Origin: Bryobacteraceae bacterium | GTDB taxonomy: Bacteria; Acidobacteriota; Terriglobia; Bryobacterales; Bryobacteraceae | DNA: 60,443 nt | Assembly (NCBI GenBank): GCA_049686695.1 | Contig: JBAVIH010000097.1 | Location: forward strand, 1 to 60,443 | Reading direction: 5' to 3' | In this document: positions 33,245-42,243 of the stretch, piece by piece | Position numbering within the stretch: position 1 is the stretch's first letter | How the letters are laid out: each line of letters starts with the position of its first letter | Made by a program: the position numbers and the translations under genes | The notes under the pieces: model-generated | Databases searched by the model: none | Seen by the model: the letters and a program-made list of their open reading frames with translations, nothing else | Told to the model about the DNA's origin: nothing

Positions 33245-35829
33245 GCGACTTTGCCGAACGGCTGCTGGCCAGCCGGTCGCAGATGTACTCCGATCTCGAG
33301 CGGTTGCCGGAACGGGAGGAAGAAGGCGGCTGCGGCGTCACCGGATTTGCCTGCAGCGTTCCCGTCAAGGGACGGTTCATCTACGAGCCCTCCATCCAGA
33401 TGCAGAACCGCGGCAATGGAAAAGGAGGCGGCATCGCGGCCGTCGGCCTGGTGCCCGAGCAGATCGGCGTCTCCCGCGAGGCGCTCGAAAGCCACTACCT
33501 GCTGCAGATCGCCTTGCTCGATTCCGAGGCCCACGCCGAGGTCGAGCGGCAGTTCGTGCTGCCCCACTTCGACATCGCTCTGTCCACGCGGCAGCCCCAC
33601 ATCGGCGATTACCGCGACCTGCCCGGACTCCAGGTTCGCCCGCCGGATGTTCACCGGTACGTCGTCCGCGTCAAGCCGGACGTTCTGGATGCCTTTGCGC
33701 GCACGGCCGGGCTGCAGGGCTTGGCGCCTCGCCAGTTGGAAGATGAGTTCGTGTACCGGAACTCCTACCGGCTCAATGAAGCCTTCTACGCATCTCTGGG
33801 CGAAAAGCGGGCCTTCGTTCTTTCGCACGGCAGGAACCAACTGGTCTTCAAAATGGTCGGCTACGCCGAGCAGAACGTCGAGTATTACCAGCTTCAGGAT
33901 TTCGCCGCCCACGTGTGGATCGCTCATCAGCGCTATCCCACCAAAGGCCGAGTGTGGCACCCCGGCGGGGCGCACCCGTTCACCGGGCTGAACGAGGCGC
34001 TGGTGCACAACGGCGACTTCGCCAACTACCACTCCGTGTGCGAGTACCTGCGCCAGCGCAACATCCGCCAGCAGTTCCTCACCGACACGGAGGTTTCCGT
34101 CCAGCTCTTCGACCTGTGGGACCGCGTCTACCAATATCCGCTGGAGTACATCATCGAGGCGCTGGCCCCCACCACGGAGCTCGATTTCGACCAGTTGCCG
34201 CCCGAGAAGCAGGCGATCTACCGGCAGATCCAGGCCACCCACGTTCATGCCTCGCCGGATGGCCCGTGGTTCTTCATCATCGCGCGCACCCATCAGGACC
34301 GGTTCCAGTTGCTGGGAATCACCGACACCGCGATGCTGCGGCCGCAGGTGTTCGCCTTCTCCGATAGCGGCGACGTCCAGATCGGGCTGATCTGCTCGGA
34401 GAAGCAGGCCATCGACGCTACCCTGCGCAGCCTGGCCAAAGAGGATCCGCGGTTCTGCCCCGTGGCGGACAAGTATTGGAACGCCCGCGGCGGGTCCAGC
34501 AGCGATGGCGGCGCGTTCGTCTTCACCGTGTCGCCGGACGAGAACGGCGGCAAGCGGCTCTCCTGCGCGGACAAGTTCGGCCGCGCGGTGAAACTGGAGG
34601 GCGGCTCGGTTCGCTGCGACCTGGGGAGCTTCGAGGTAAACGGCAACGGAACGTCCGGCGCCGTGAAGGAGATGCAGCAGACCGGCGACGTGGAGGGCCT
34701 TTTCGGGTACGCGCTCGGCCTGGCTGCCTGGCCGGCCGGCCAGTTGCGGCAGTTCTGCCAGGGCTTGGTGCGGGGAGCCGGCAGCGTGGTATCCCGCGCG
34801 GCTGCCCTCGAGGCGCTAACGCTGTTGCATGACCGCCGCTTCGACACCGGCGACAAGCGCCGCGCCACGGCGATTCAGGTAATCGAGGAGGCCATCGACC
34901 GCCTGCTCGACTCCGCTCCGCTGTTTGGCGAGCCGCCGGCTCACCTGTGGCGGCGGATTACCTGGGCCACGCGCGACCGCCTCGCCGCCCCGCGCTCCGG
35001 CGAGGACCTGCTGGTGATCGACGCCCAGGGCTTCCCTCCCGAGGGCGAGGACTGCGATGCCAGGCTGCTCCGCCGCGCTTACGAAACCGGTTGGAAGCGT
35101 TTTGCCGTCTACCGGCTGCGCGGCCAGCGTTTCCATGGAGCGGGCCTGGGCGCCGCCACCGACGGCGTTCGGATCGACCTCTACGGCTCCAATGGCGATT
35201 ACGCCGCCAGCGGCATGGATGGCCTCGAGATCCGCATCCACGGCAATGCCCAGGACCAGGTGGCGCAGATCGCCAAGCGCGGAAAGCTGGTCATCTACGG
35301 CGACGTTGGCCAGACCTTCATGTACGGCGCCAAGGGAGGCGAGGTCTACGTTCTCGGCAACGCCGCGGGCCGCCCCCTGATCAACGCGGTGGGACGCCCG
35401 CGCGTGGTGATCAACGGAACCTGCCTGGATTTCCTGGCCGAGTCGTTCATGGCCGGCGATCCGCTGGCCGGCGGCGGCTTCGTCATCCTCAACGGCATCG
35501 AGTTCGACTCGACCGGCCGCCTCACACCACTGGCCGCGCCCTATCCGGGGGCCAACCTGTTCTCGCTTGCCAGCGGCGGGGCCATCTACATCCGCGATCC
35601 GCACCAACACGTAGTCGAGCGCCAGCTTAACGGCGGCGTCTTCGGCCCGGTCACCGACAAGGACTGGCGCTTGATCCGCCCGTACCTGGAGGAGAACGAG
35701 CGGCTGTTCGGCATACCGGTGCGGGAGTTGCTGACCGTGGATGGCCACGCCGCTGCGCCGGGGGACGTGTATCGCAAGGTCTGCGCCGTGAAACTCTCGG
35801 TGCTGGCCGGTTCGGAGAAAAAGAAATGA
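33241..35829 (+). CDS. Fusion of class-II (Ntn) glutamine amidotransferase domain and GXGXG domain (glutamate synthase domains 1 + 3)
   Basis: 862 aa, ATGA overlap. 'EEGGCGVTGFACS' gives a putative Cys nucleophile after a roughly 30-aa propeptide. 'HQRYPTKG...HPF...LVHNGDFANY'. C-terminal 'VYRLRGQRFHGAGL...IRIHGNAQDQVA...LVIYGDVGQTFMYGAKGGEVYVLGNAAGRP' is a GXGXG beta-helix. Confidence 0.8.
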   Translation: MSDFAERLLASRSQMYSDLERLPEREEEGGCGVTGFACSVPVKGRFIYEPSIQMQNRGNGKGGGIAAVGLVPEQIGVSREALESHYLLQIALLDSEAHAEVERQFVLPHFDIALSTRQPHIGDYRDLPGLQVRPPDVHRYVVRVKPDVLDAFARTAGLQGLAPRQLEDEFVYRNSYRLNEAFYASLGEKRAFVLSHGRNQLVFKMVGYAEQNVEYYQLQDFAAHVWIAHQRYPTKGRVWHPGGAHPFTGLNEALVHNGDFANYHSVCEYLRQRNIRQQFLTDTEVSVQLFDLWDRVYQYPLEYIIEALAPTTELDFDQLPPEKQAIYRQIQATHVHASPDGPWFFIIARTHQDRFQLLGITDTAMLRPQVFAFSDSGDVQIGLICSEKQAIDATLRSLAKEDPRFCPVADKYWNARGGSSSDGGAFVFTVSPDENGGKRLSCADKFGRAVKLEGGSVRCDLGSFEVNGNGTSGAVKEMQQTGDVEGLFGYALGLAAWPAGQLRQFCQGLVRGAGSVVSRAAALEALTLLHDRRFDTGDKRRATAIQVIEEAIDRLLDSAPLFGEPPAHLWRRITWATRDRLAAPRSGEDLLVIDAQGFPPEGEDCDARLLRRAYETGWKRFAVYRLRGQRFHGAGLGAATDGVRIDLYGSNGDYAASGMDGLEIRIHGNAQDQVAQIAKRGKLVIYGDVGQTFMYGAKGGEVYVLGNAAGRPLINAVGRPRVVINGTCLDFLAESFMAGDPLAGGGFVILNGIEFDSTGRLTPLAAPYPGANLFSLASGGAIYIRDPHQHVVERQLNGGVFGPVTDKDWRLIRPYLEENERLFGIPVRELLTVDGHAAAPGDVYRKVCAVKLSVLAGSEKKK

Positions 35830-36401
35830 CGGGCGACATCGCACCTCCAATCGAAATCGAGAGCATCGGCGGCGGCCTGGCTCTTGAGGTGCACGAGCGC
35901 AGCGGGGCCTCGCCCATGAGCTGCTACCAGTGCGCCAAGTGCTCCAGCGGCTGCCCGGTTGCGGCCGGAAGCGATTTCAGGCCCCACCAACTGGTGCGCA
36001 TGGTGCAGACGAATCAGCATCAGGCGGTTCTCTCCAGCCGTTTCCTCTGGCAGTGCACGTCCTGCCAGACCTGCACCACGCGTTGTCCGCAGCAGGTCGA
36101 TATCGCCGGCATGATCGACGCTCTGCGCGCCATCAGCCGCAGCGCTGGATCGGCCGAGCCCGCCGCCGCCGTTCCGATCTTCAACGATATCTTCCTCGCT
36201 GCCGTCCGCGAGCGCGGGCGAATCTTCGAGCTGGGCCTGATGGTCCAGTTCAAACTCCGCACCAAGCGGCTGTTCGAGGACGCGGGCAAAGCGCCGATGA
36301 TGCTGCGCAAGGGCAAGCTGCCGCTCTCCGCTCCGCGGGTGGACGGGAAGGACGAGCGCGAGGCCCTGTTCGGCCGGGCCGCCGAGGGAGGCGCCAAGTG
36401 A
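35826..36401 (+). CDS. hdrC: Heterodisulfide reductase subunit C-like (2x[4Fe-4S])
   Basis: 191 aa, ATGA overlap. Motifs 'CYQCAKCSSGCP' and 'CTSCQTCTTRCP'. Confidence 0.85.
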   Translation: MTGDIAPPIEIESIGGGLALEVHERSGASPMSCYQCAKCSSGCPVAAGSDFRPHQLVRMVQTNQHQAVLSSRFLWQCTSCQTCTTRCPQQVDIAGMIDALRAISRSAGSAEPAAAVPIFNDIFLAAVRERGRIFELGLMVQFKLRTKRLFEDAGKAPMMLRKGKLPLSAPRVDGKDEREALFGRAAEGGAK

Positions 36402-37264
36402 GCTACGCGTTTTTTCCGGGCTGTTCGCTGGACGGCGCCGCCAAGGATTACCATCGCTCGACGCTCGCGGTGGCCGCCAGGCTGGGCCTGGAAATGCCCG
36501 AGCTGAAGGACTGGATCTGCTGCGGCTCGACGGCGGCTCACGCGAGCGACCCGCTGCTGGCCGATGCTCTGCCGGCCAAGAGCCTCTCCGGCGCCGGCGG
36601 CAGCACGGTCGCGGTGGCCTGCGCCGCCTGCTACAGCCGGCTCAAGACGGCGAACCACCATATCGCGGGAGATGCCGCCCTGCGCGCCCGCGTGGCGCAC
36701 GTGGTCGGGCGCGACTATGACGGCCGGACTCCGGTCCTGCACCTGCTCGAAATCCTCTGCCGCGACATTGGCCTGGCGCGGGTCGCGGCAGCCGTTCGCC
36801 GCCCGCTCACCGGGCTGAAGGTGGCCTGCTACTACGGATGTCTGCTCGCGCGTCCGCCGGAGATCACCAATTTCGACGACCCCGAAAACCCCACGCTGAT
36901 GGATCGGCTCATCGAAGCCGCCGGGGCGGAGCCGCTCGATTGGCCGCACAAGACCGAGTGCTGCGGCGCCAGCTTCTCGATCACCGATTCGAGCGTCGTG
37001 CTGGAGCTTGGCAACCGGATTCTCGCCATGGCGCAGGCGGCCGGAGCCGATTGCATCGCCACCGCCTGCCCCCTGTGCCAACTGAACCTGGACATGCGGC
37101 AGAAGGATATGGAGCGCAAGTTCGGACGCCGGTACAATCTGCCGGTGTTCTATTTCACCCAGTTGCTGGGCCTGGCGATGGGTTGCCGGCCGGACGAACT
37201 ATCCTTGGACAGCCTGATCGTGGGACCAAAGGAGTTGCTCGAAGCCAAGGGAATCGGACGCTGA
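36398..37264 (+). CDS. hdrB: Heterodisulfide reductase subunit B-like (two CCG domains)
   Basis: 288 aa from GTG 36398, with a GTGA overlap. Motifs 'YAFFPGCSL', 'WICCGST', 'VACYYGCLL', 'TECCGAS' and 'ATACPLCQLNLD'. Confidence 0.9.
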   Translation: MSYAFFPGCSLDGAAKDYHRSTLAVAARLGLEMPELKDWICCGSTAAHASDPLLADALPAKSLSGAGGSTVAVACAACYSRLKTANHHIAGDAALRARVAHVVGRDYDGRTPVLHLLEILCRDIGLARVAAAVRRPLTGLKVACYYGCLLARPPEITNFDDPENPTLMDRLIEAAGAEPLDWPHKTECCGASFSITDSSVVLELGNRILAMAQAAGADCIATACPLCQLNLDMRQKDMERKFGRRYNLPVFYFTQLLGLAMGCRPDELSLDSLIVGPKELLEAKGIGR

Positions 37265-37267
37265 GGC

Positions 37268-40200
37268 ATGACGATGATCGCGAACAATGGGAATGGGCAT
37301 AAGCCCGAAGCTGTCGGCGCAGTGCTGGTTTGCGGGGCCGGCGTCACCGGCATCCAGGCCTCTCTCGATCTCGCCGGGAGCGGATTCAAGGTCTATCTTC
37401 TGGATTCCTCCCCCGCCATCGGCGGGCGCATGGCCCAACTCGACAAGACCTTCCCCACCGGCGATTGCGCCATGTGCATCCTTTCGCCCAAGTTGGTGGA
37501 GTGCGCGCGGAACAAGAACATCGAGATCATCACCCTGGCGGACGTGGAGGGGATCTCGGGCGAGCCCGGTCATTTCCAGGTCAAGATCCGCCAGAACCCG
37601 CGCTACGTGGATACGGCCAAGTGCAACGCGTGCGGCGAATGCAGCGAGGCCTGTCCGGTCAGCCTGCGCAGCGAGTTCGACCGCAACCTGGGGACGCGCA
37701 AGGCCATCTTCCGGCCTTACCCTCAGGCCATTCCCAACGTATTCGGCATTTCCAAAGCCGCCGGGCCCGCGCCCTGCAAATCCGCCTGCCCGGCCGGCGT
37801 AAACGCCCAGGGGTACGTGGCCCTGGTTGCGGCCGGCAAGTTCCCGGAAGCCTACGCTCTGATCCGCCAGCGCTGCCCGCTCCCGGCGGCTTGCGGGCGC
37901 GTATGCCAGCATCCCTGCGAGGACAACTGCAACCGCGGCGAAATCGACGAGGCCGTCTCGGTCCGCGATCTGAAGCGCTTCGTTGCCGACTACATCCACG
38001 CGAACCCTAGCCAGTATCCGCCCGCGAAGGCGGCTGCCGCCAGGCTGGATTCGAGGGTCGCCATCATCGGGGGCGGCCCGGCCGGCTTGACCGTGGCTGC
38101 CGATCTTGCCCTGCGCGGCCATCGCATCACGCTATTCGAGGCGCAGTCGCACCTGGGCGGCATGCTCCGCTACGGCATTCCCGATTACCGGCTGCCCGAG
38201 GATGTCCTGGATCGCGAGATTCAATACATCCTGGACTTGGGCGTAGAGGCCAGAACCGGTGAGCGGGTGGCCGATCCGAAAAGCCTCTTAAGAGTGGCCG
38301 GCGCGGATTCTCCGGCGGCGCAGTTCGACGCCGTCTTCGTGGCTCCCGGCGCATGGCTCGGCCGCAAGATGGGCATTCCGGGCGAAGACGCCCAGGGCGT
38401 CTGGGAAGCGCTCGACTTCCTCTACAAGGTCAACGACGGGAAGCCGCCGGCCATCGGCCCCAACGTGGTGGTGATCGGCGGCGGCGATGTGGCGATGGAC
38501 GCGGCCCGCTGCGCGCGGCGGCTGCCCGGAGTTCAATCGGTCACAGTGGCCTACCGCAGAAGCCGTGCGGAAATGCCGGCCCATTCCTGGGAAGCGGCCG
38601 AAGCTCTCGAAGAAGGCGTGGTCTTCCACACCGATCTGGGACCGGCCCGGATCGAGACGGCGGACGGAAAGGTTTCCGCCATCGCGTTCCACCCGCGCAT
38701 CGCCGGCTCCGGCCCGACCAGGCGGACCGAGCCGCGCTTCGACGAATCGCAGACCACCGTCCTCAAAGCGGACACCGTTATCGCAGCCATCGGCCAGGCC
38801 ATCGACTCGGCCGGCATGGGCGTCGCCACCGGATCGAGCGGCCGGATCGCCGCTGACAAGAGCACGCTGGCCACCAGCATCGCCGGCATCTTCGCGGGCG
38901 GAGACGCCGTGCTGGGTCCGGCCTCCATCGCCGATGCGATGGGCCAGGGCCACGTGGCAGCCGAGGCCATCGATGCCTACCTTCGCGGCGGCAAAGCGGC
39001 CAATGCGCCATCGGCTACCGCGCAGGCCGCCCCGGCCCGCAATCCCAAGCCGGGCGCGCCGCGGGAAGACCGCGTCAAGATGGCGCAGACGGACATGGCC
39101 ACGCGGCAGCGCGCCTTCACCGAGATCAACCGGGGCTATACCGCGGAGCAGGCCATTGCCGAAGCCAAACGCTGCCTGGCGTGCGGCCTGTGCAGCGAGT
39201 GCATGGAGTGCGTGAAAGTCTGTTCGCCCGGCGCCATATTCCACAATCAGCAGGCCCAGGAACGCCAGATCGACGTCGGCAGCGTGATTCTCACCCCCGG
39301 CTTCGAGGAGTTCCAGGCGTCGCTGCGCGGCGAGTTCGGCCACGGCCGCTATTCGAACGTGCTCTCGAGCGTCCAGTTCGAGCGAATGCTCTCCGCGGCC
39401 GGTCCCACCGGCGGTGTCATCGAGCGCCCATCGGATGGCGGCGCGGTCAGCCGCATCGCTTTCATCCAATGCGTGGGCAGCCGCGATACGGCCCGCGGCG
39501 CGGGCTACTGCTCGTCCATCTGCTGCATGAGCGCCACCAAAGAGGCGATGGTCGCGCTCGAGCACGCGCACGGGCGGAAACTCGAAATTTCGATTTTCTG
39601 TATGGACGTGCGGGCGTTCGGCAAGGAGTTCGATAGCTACGTCAACCGCGCCCGCGACGAGCACGGCGTGAAGTTCATCCGGGCCATCCCCTCCCGTGTG
39701 GTCGAGATGCCCGGCGACCGGACACCGCGCATTCGCTACTTCGACCAGGACGGCGCAGAACAGCAGCGGGATTTCGACCTCGTGGTGCTCAGCGTGGGGC
39801 TGCGGCCCTCCGCCGGCGTGAAGGAAATGGCTGGCCGGCTGGGGGTGGAGCTCAACGAGTTCGGTTTCAGCCGGACCGGGCGGCTGGCTCCGCTGGCCAC
39901 ATCCAAGCCGGGCATATACGTGGCCGGGGCATTCCAGGAGCCCAAGGACATTCCCGAATCGGTGGCCCAGGCCTCCGCGGCCGCCGCTTGCGCCATGGGC
40001 CAGCTCGCGCCTTCCCGCGGCACCATGATCCAGCGCCACGAATACCCCTGGGAGCGGGATATCACCGACGAGAGCCCGCGCGTGGGCGTGTTCATCTGCC
40101 ACTGCGGCCACAACATCGCTTCGGTCATCGACGTGAAACAGGTGGCCGATAAAGCCGCCGGCATGCCCCACGTCTGCCACTCCGAAGCCAACCTGTACAC

Positions 40201-41764
40201 CTGCTCGGATACCAACCAGCAGCACATCAGGAACATGATCGCCAAGCACCGGCTCAACCGCCTGGTGGTGTCCTCCTGCTCGCCGCGGACTCACGAGATG
40301 CTCTTCCAGGAGACGCTCCGCGAGAGCGGGCTGAACCAGTATCTCTTCGCCATGACCAATATTCGGGACCAGTGCTCCTGGGTCCACCGGGACGATCCCG
40401 AGGCGGCCACCGCGAAAGCGCTGGAACTGACCTCGATGGCGGTTGCCCGGGCGCGGCACGTGAAAGCCCTTCCGACGGGCCGGTTGCCCGTGACGGCATC
40501 TGCCCTGGTCATCGGCGGCGGCCTGGCCGGCATGACCGCGGCCCTGGGCCTCGCCGAGCAGGGGTTCGCAGTTCACCTGGCGGAGAAAGAGCCGCAGTTG
40601 GGCGGCCTGCTCCGCGGCGTCAACAGCTCGCTCGAAGGGGCCGATGTGCAGAACTACCTGCACCAGCTCGTGGCCCGCGTCCAGTCTCACGAGAAGATCC
40701 ACCTGTACCTGAATGCCACGCCTGCCGCGATTAGCGGCCACGTGGGCAATTTCAAGAGCATCCTGAGAGTGGCCGGGCGCGAACAGCCCGTCAGCCACGG
40801 GGTGGTGATCGTGGCGGTTGGCGGGCAGCGGAGAGAGACGGCGATGTACCTCCACGGCCAGAACCCACACGTGACCACGCAGGCCGGGCTAGAGACTTCG
40901 CTCAAGGGCGGAAATCTGCCGCCGGAACTGGCGGGCAAGCCGGATCCTACCGTGGTCATGATTCAGTGCGTCGAAAGCCGCAACGGCCAGCACCCCTATT
41001 GCAGCCGGATCTGCTGTTCGGAAGCGGTTCAGAACGCGCTGGAGATCAAGCGCCGCCTGCCGCTGGCCAAGGTGGCTGTGCTGGGCCGCGACATCCGCAC
41101 CTACGGGTTCCGCGAGGTGTACTTTCAGAAGGCCCGCGAGGCCGGGGTGCTGTTCATCCGCTATCCGGACGGGAGCGACCCGGTGGTGACCGAGGAAGGC
41201 GGCCGGCTCAAGGTGACCGTCCACGATATCGGGAGCAACCGCGACCTGGTTCTGCGCCCGGACCTGCTCGCCTTGGCGACCGGCATCGCTCCGGCCGCCG
41301 ACAACCCGGCGCTCTCGATGTTGCTGCGCAGCGCCCTGACCGCCGACGGCTTCTTCCTCGAGGCCCACCCGAAGCTCCGCCCGGTGGATCTGGCCAATGA
41401 GGGCGAATTCCTCTGCGGGCTGGCACACTCGCCCCGATTCATCGACGAGACCATTGCACAGGCTCAGGCAGCCGCGGGGCGGGCCGCCACCATCCTGTCC
41501 AAGACTCACCTGGAGGTTCCCGGCCAGGTCGCCCGCGTCAACCCGGAGAACTGCGTCGCTTGCGCCACCTGCGTGAAGGTCTGCCCGTACGGGGCGCCGG
41601 CGATCAACAACCTCAACAAGGCCGAAATCCAGAGCGCCAAGTGCATGGGGTGCGGAAGCTGCGCGGCGGCCTGCCCAGCCAGGACCATCGTCCTCCAGCA
41701 CCAGGAAGACCAAGCCTTGGTGGCGATGCTCGACGAGTTGCTCGTCGCCGGAGTCAACGCATGA
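37268..41764 (+). CDS. hdrA: Giant HdrA-type flavoprotein: HdrA module with inserted GltD/NfnB-like NAD(P)H domain, second HdrA module, C-terminal ferredoxin (HdrL-like)
   Basis: 1498 aa. HdrA motifs: 'VLVCGAGVTGIQASLDLA', 'DKTFPTGDCAMCIL', 'IAFIQCVGSRD...YCSSICCM'. GltD-like motifs: 'CQHPCEDNCNRGEIDEAVSVRDLKRF', 'VAIIGGGPAGLTVAADLALRGHRITLFE..HLGGMLRYGIPDYRLP'. Second HdrA module: 'ALVIGGGLAGMTAALGLAEQG' and 'VMIQCVESRN...YCSRICCS'. C-terminal 'CVACATCVKVCPYGAP' and 'CMGCGSCAAACP'. Confidence 0.9.
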   Translation: MTMIANNGNGHKPEAVGAVLVCGAGVTGIQASLDLAGSGFKVYLLDSSPAIGGRMAQLDKTFPTGDCAMCILSPKLVECARNKNIEIITLADVEGISGEPGHFQVKIRQNPRYVDTAKCNACGECSEACPVSLRSEFDRNLGTRKAIFRPYPQAIPNVFGISKAAGPAPCKSACPAGVNAQGYVALVAAGKFPEAYALIRQRCPLPAACGRVCQHPCEDNCNRGEIDEAVSVRDLKRFVADYIHANPSQYPPAKAAAARLDSRVAIIGGGPAGLTVAADLALRGHRITLFEAQSHLGGMLRYGIPDYRLPEDVLDREIQYILDLGVEARTGERVADPKSLLRVAGADSPAAQFDAVFVAPGAWLGRKMGIPGEDAQGVWEALDFLYKVNDGKPPAIGPNVVVIGGGDVAMDAARCARRLPGVQSVTVAYRRSRAEMPAHSWEAAEALEEGVVFHTDLGPARIETADGKVSAIAFHPRIAGSGPTRRTEPRFDESQTTVLKADTVIAAIGQAIDSAGMGVATGSSGRIAADKSTLATSIAGIFAGGDAVLGPASIADAMGQGHVAAEAIDAYLRGGKAANAPSATAQAAPARNPKPGAPREDRVKMAQTDMATRQRAFTEINRGYTAEQAIAEAKRCLACGLCSECMECVKVCSPGAIFHNQQAQERQIDVGSVILTPGFEEFQASLRGEFGHGRYSNVLSSVQFERMLSAAGPTGGVIERPSDGGAVSRIAFIQCVGSRDTARGAGYCSSICCMSATKEAMVALEHAHGRKLEISIFCMDVRAFGKEFDSYVNRARDEHGVKFIRAIPSRVVEMPGDRTPRIRYFDQDGAEQQRDFDLVVLSVGLRPSAGVKEMAGRLGVELNEFGFSRTGRLAPLATSKPGIYVAGAFQEPKDIPESVAQASAAAACAMGQLAPSRGTMIQRHEYPWERDITDESPRVGVFICHCGHNIASVIDVKQVADKAAGMPHVCHSEANLYTCSDTNQQHIRNMIAKHRLNRLVVSSCSPRTHEMLFQETLRESGLNQYLFAMTNIRDQCSWVHRDDPEAATAKALELTSMAVARARHVKALPTGRLPVTASALVIGGGLAGMTAALGLAEQGFAVHLAEKEPQLGGLLRGVNSSLEGADVQNYLHQLVARVQSHEKIHLYLNATPAAISGHVGNFKSILRVAGREQPVSHGVVIVAVGGQRRETAMYLHGQNPHVTTQAGLETSLKGGNLPPELAGKPDPTVVMIQCVESRNGQHPYCSRICCSEAVQNALEIKRRLPLAKVAVLGRDIRTYGFREVYFQKAREAGVLFIRYPDGSDPVVTEEGGRLKVTVHDIGSNRDLVLRPDLLALATGIAPAADNPALSMLLRSALTADGFFLEAHPKLRPVDLANEGEFLCGLAHSPRFIDETIAQAQAAAGRAATILSKTHLEVPGQVARVNPENCVACATCVKVCPYGAPAINNLNKAEIQSAKCMGCGSCAAACPARTIVLQHQEDQALVAMLDELLVAGVNA

Positions 41765-42243
41765 TTCAACCGGATTTGGAACCAATCGCGAGCGCCGTTC
41801 CCGCCGCGCGATGGGAGCCGCGCATACTCGCCTTCTGCTGCAACTTCTGCGCTTATGCGGCAGCCGACCTGGCGGGATCCAAGCGCATGCAGTATCCCGT
41901 CAACGTGCGAATCGTCCACACGCCCTGCACGGGCAAGATCGAAATGGAACACGTCCTCGACGCCTTCGAGAAGGGCATCGACGGAATTCTCGTGGCCGGA
42001 TGCCTGGAAGGCGGCTGCCACTTCCTGGAGGGCAACCTCCGGGCGCGCAAGCACACCGGCCGCATCCGGGAGATTCTCGATGAAATCGGCGTCGGCGCCG
42101 AGCGGCTCAAGATGGTGAACCTCTCGGCCGCCATGGCGCCTACGTTCGTCGAGCGCGTCCAGGAGATCGTCGAAACCGTCCGCGCGCTGGGCCCCAGTCC
42201 GCTGAAACCGTCCAGCCGGAAAGAGAGTGCAGGAGAGCCATGA
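41761..42243 (+). CDS. mvhD: MvhD/FlpD (methyl-viologen-reducing hydrogenase delta subunit-like) protein, second copy
   Basis: 160 aa, ATGA overlap. 'ILAFCCNFCAYAAADLAG...VRIVHTPCTGKIEMEHVLDAFEKGIDGILVAGCLEGGCHFLEGN'. Confidence 0.9.
   Translation: MIQPDLEPIASAVPAARWEPRILAFCCNFCAYAAADLAGSKRMQYPVNVRIVHTPCTGKIEMEHVLDAFEKGIDGILVAGCLEGGCHFLEGNLRARKHTGRIREILDEIGVGAERLKMVNLSAAMAPTFVERVQEIVETVRALGPSPLKPSSRKESAGEP

Noticed and set aside
38288-40870. 860-aa minus-strand ORF, plus several 150-250-aa ORFs in other frames of 37.3-41.8 kb
   Set aside because: Antisense to or out of frame with the HdrL-like gene, which has strong FAD, Fe-S and HdrA motifs. The alternative products are low-complexity Arg/Gly/Ala sequence.
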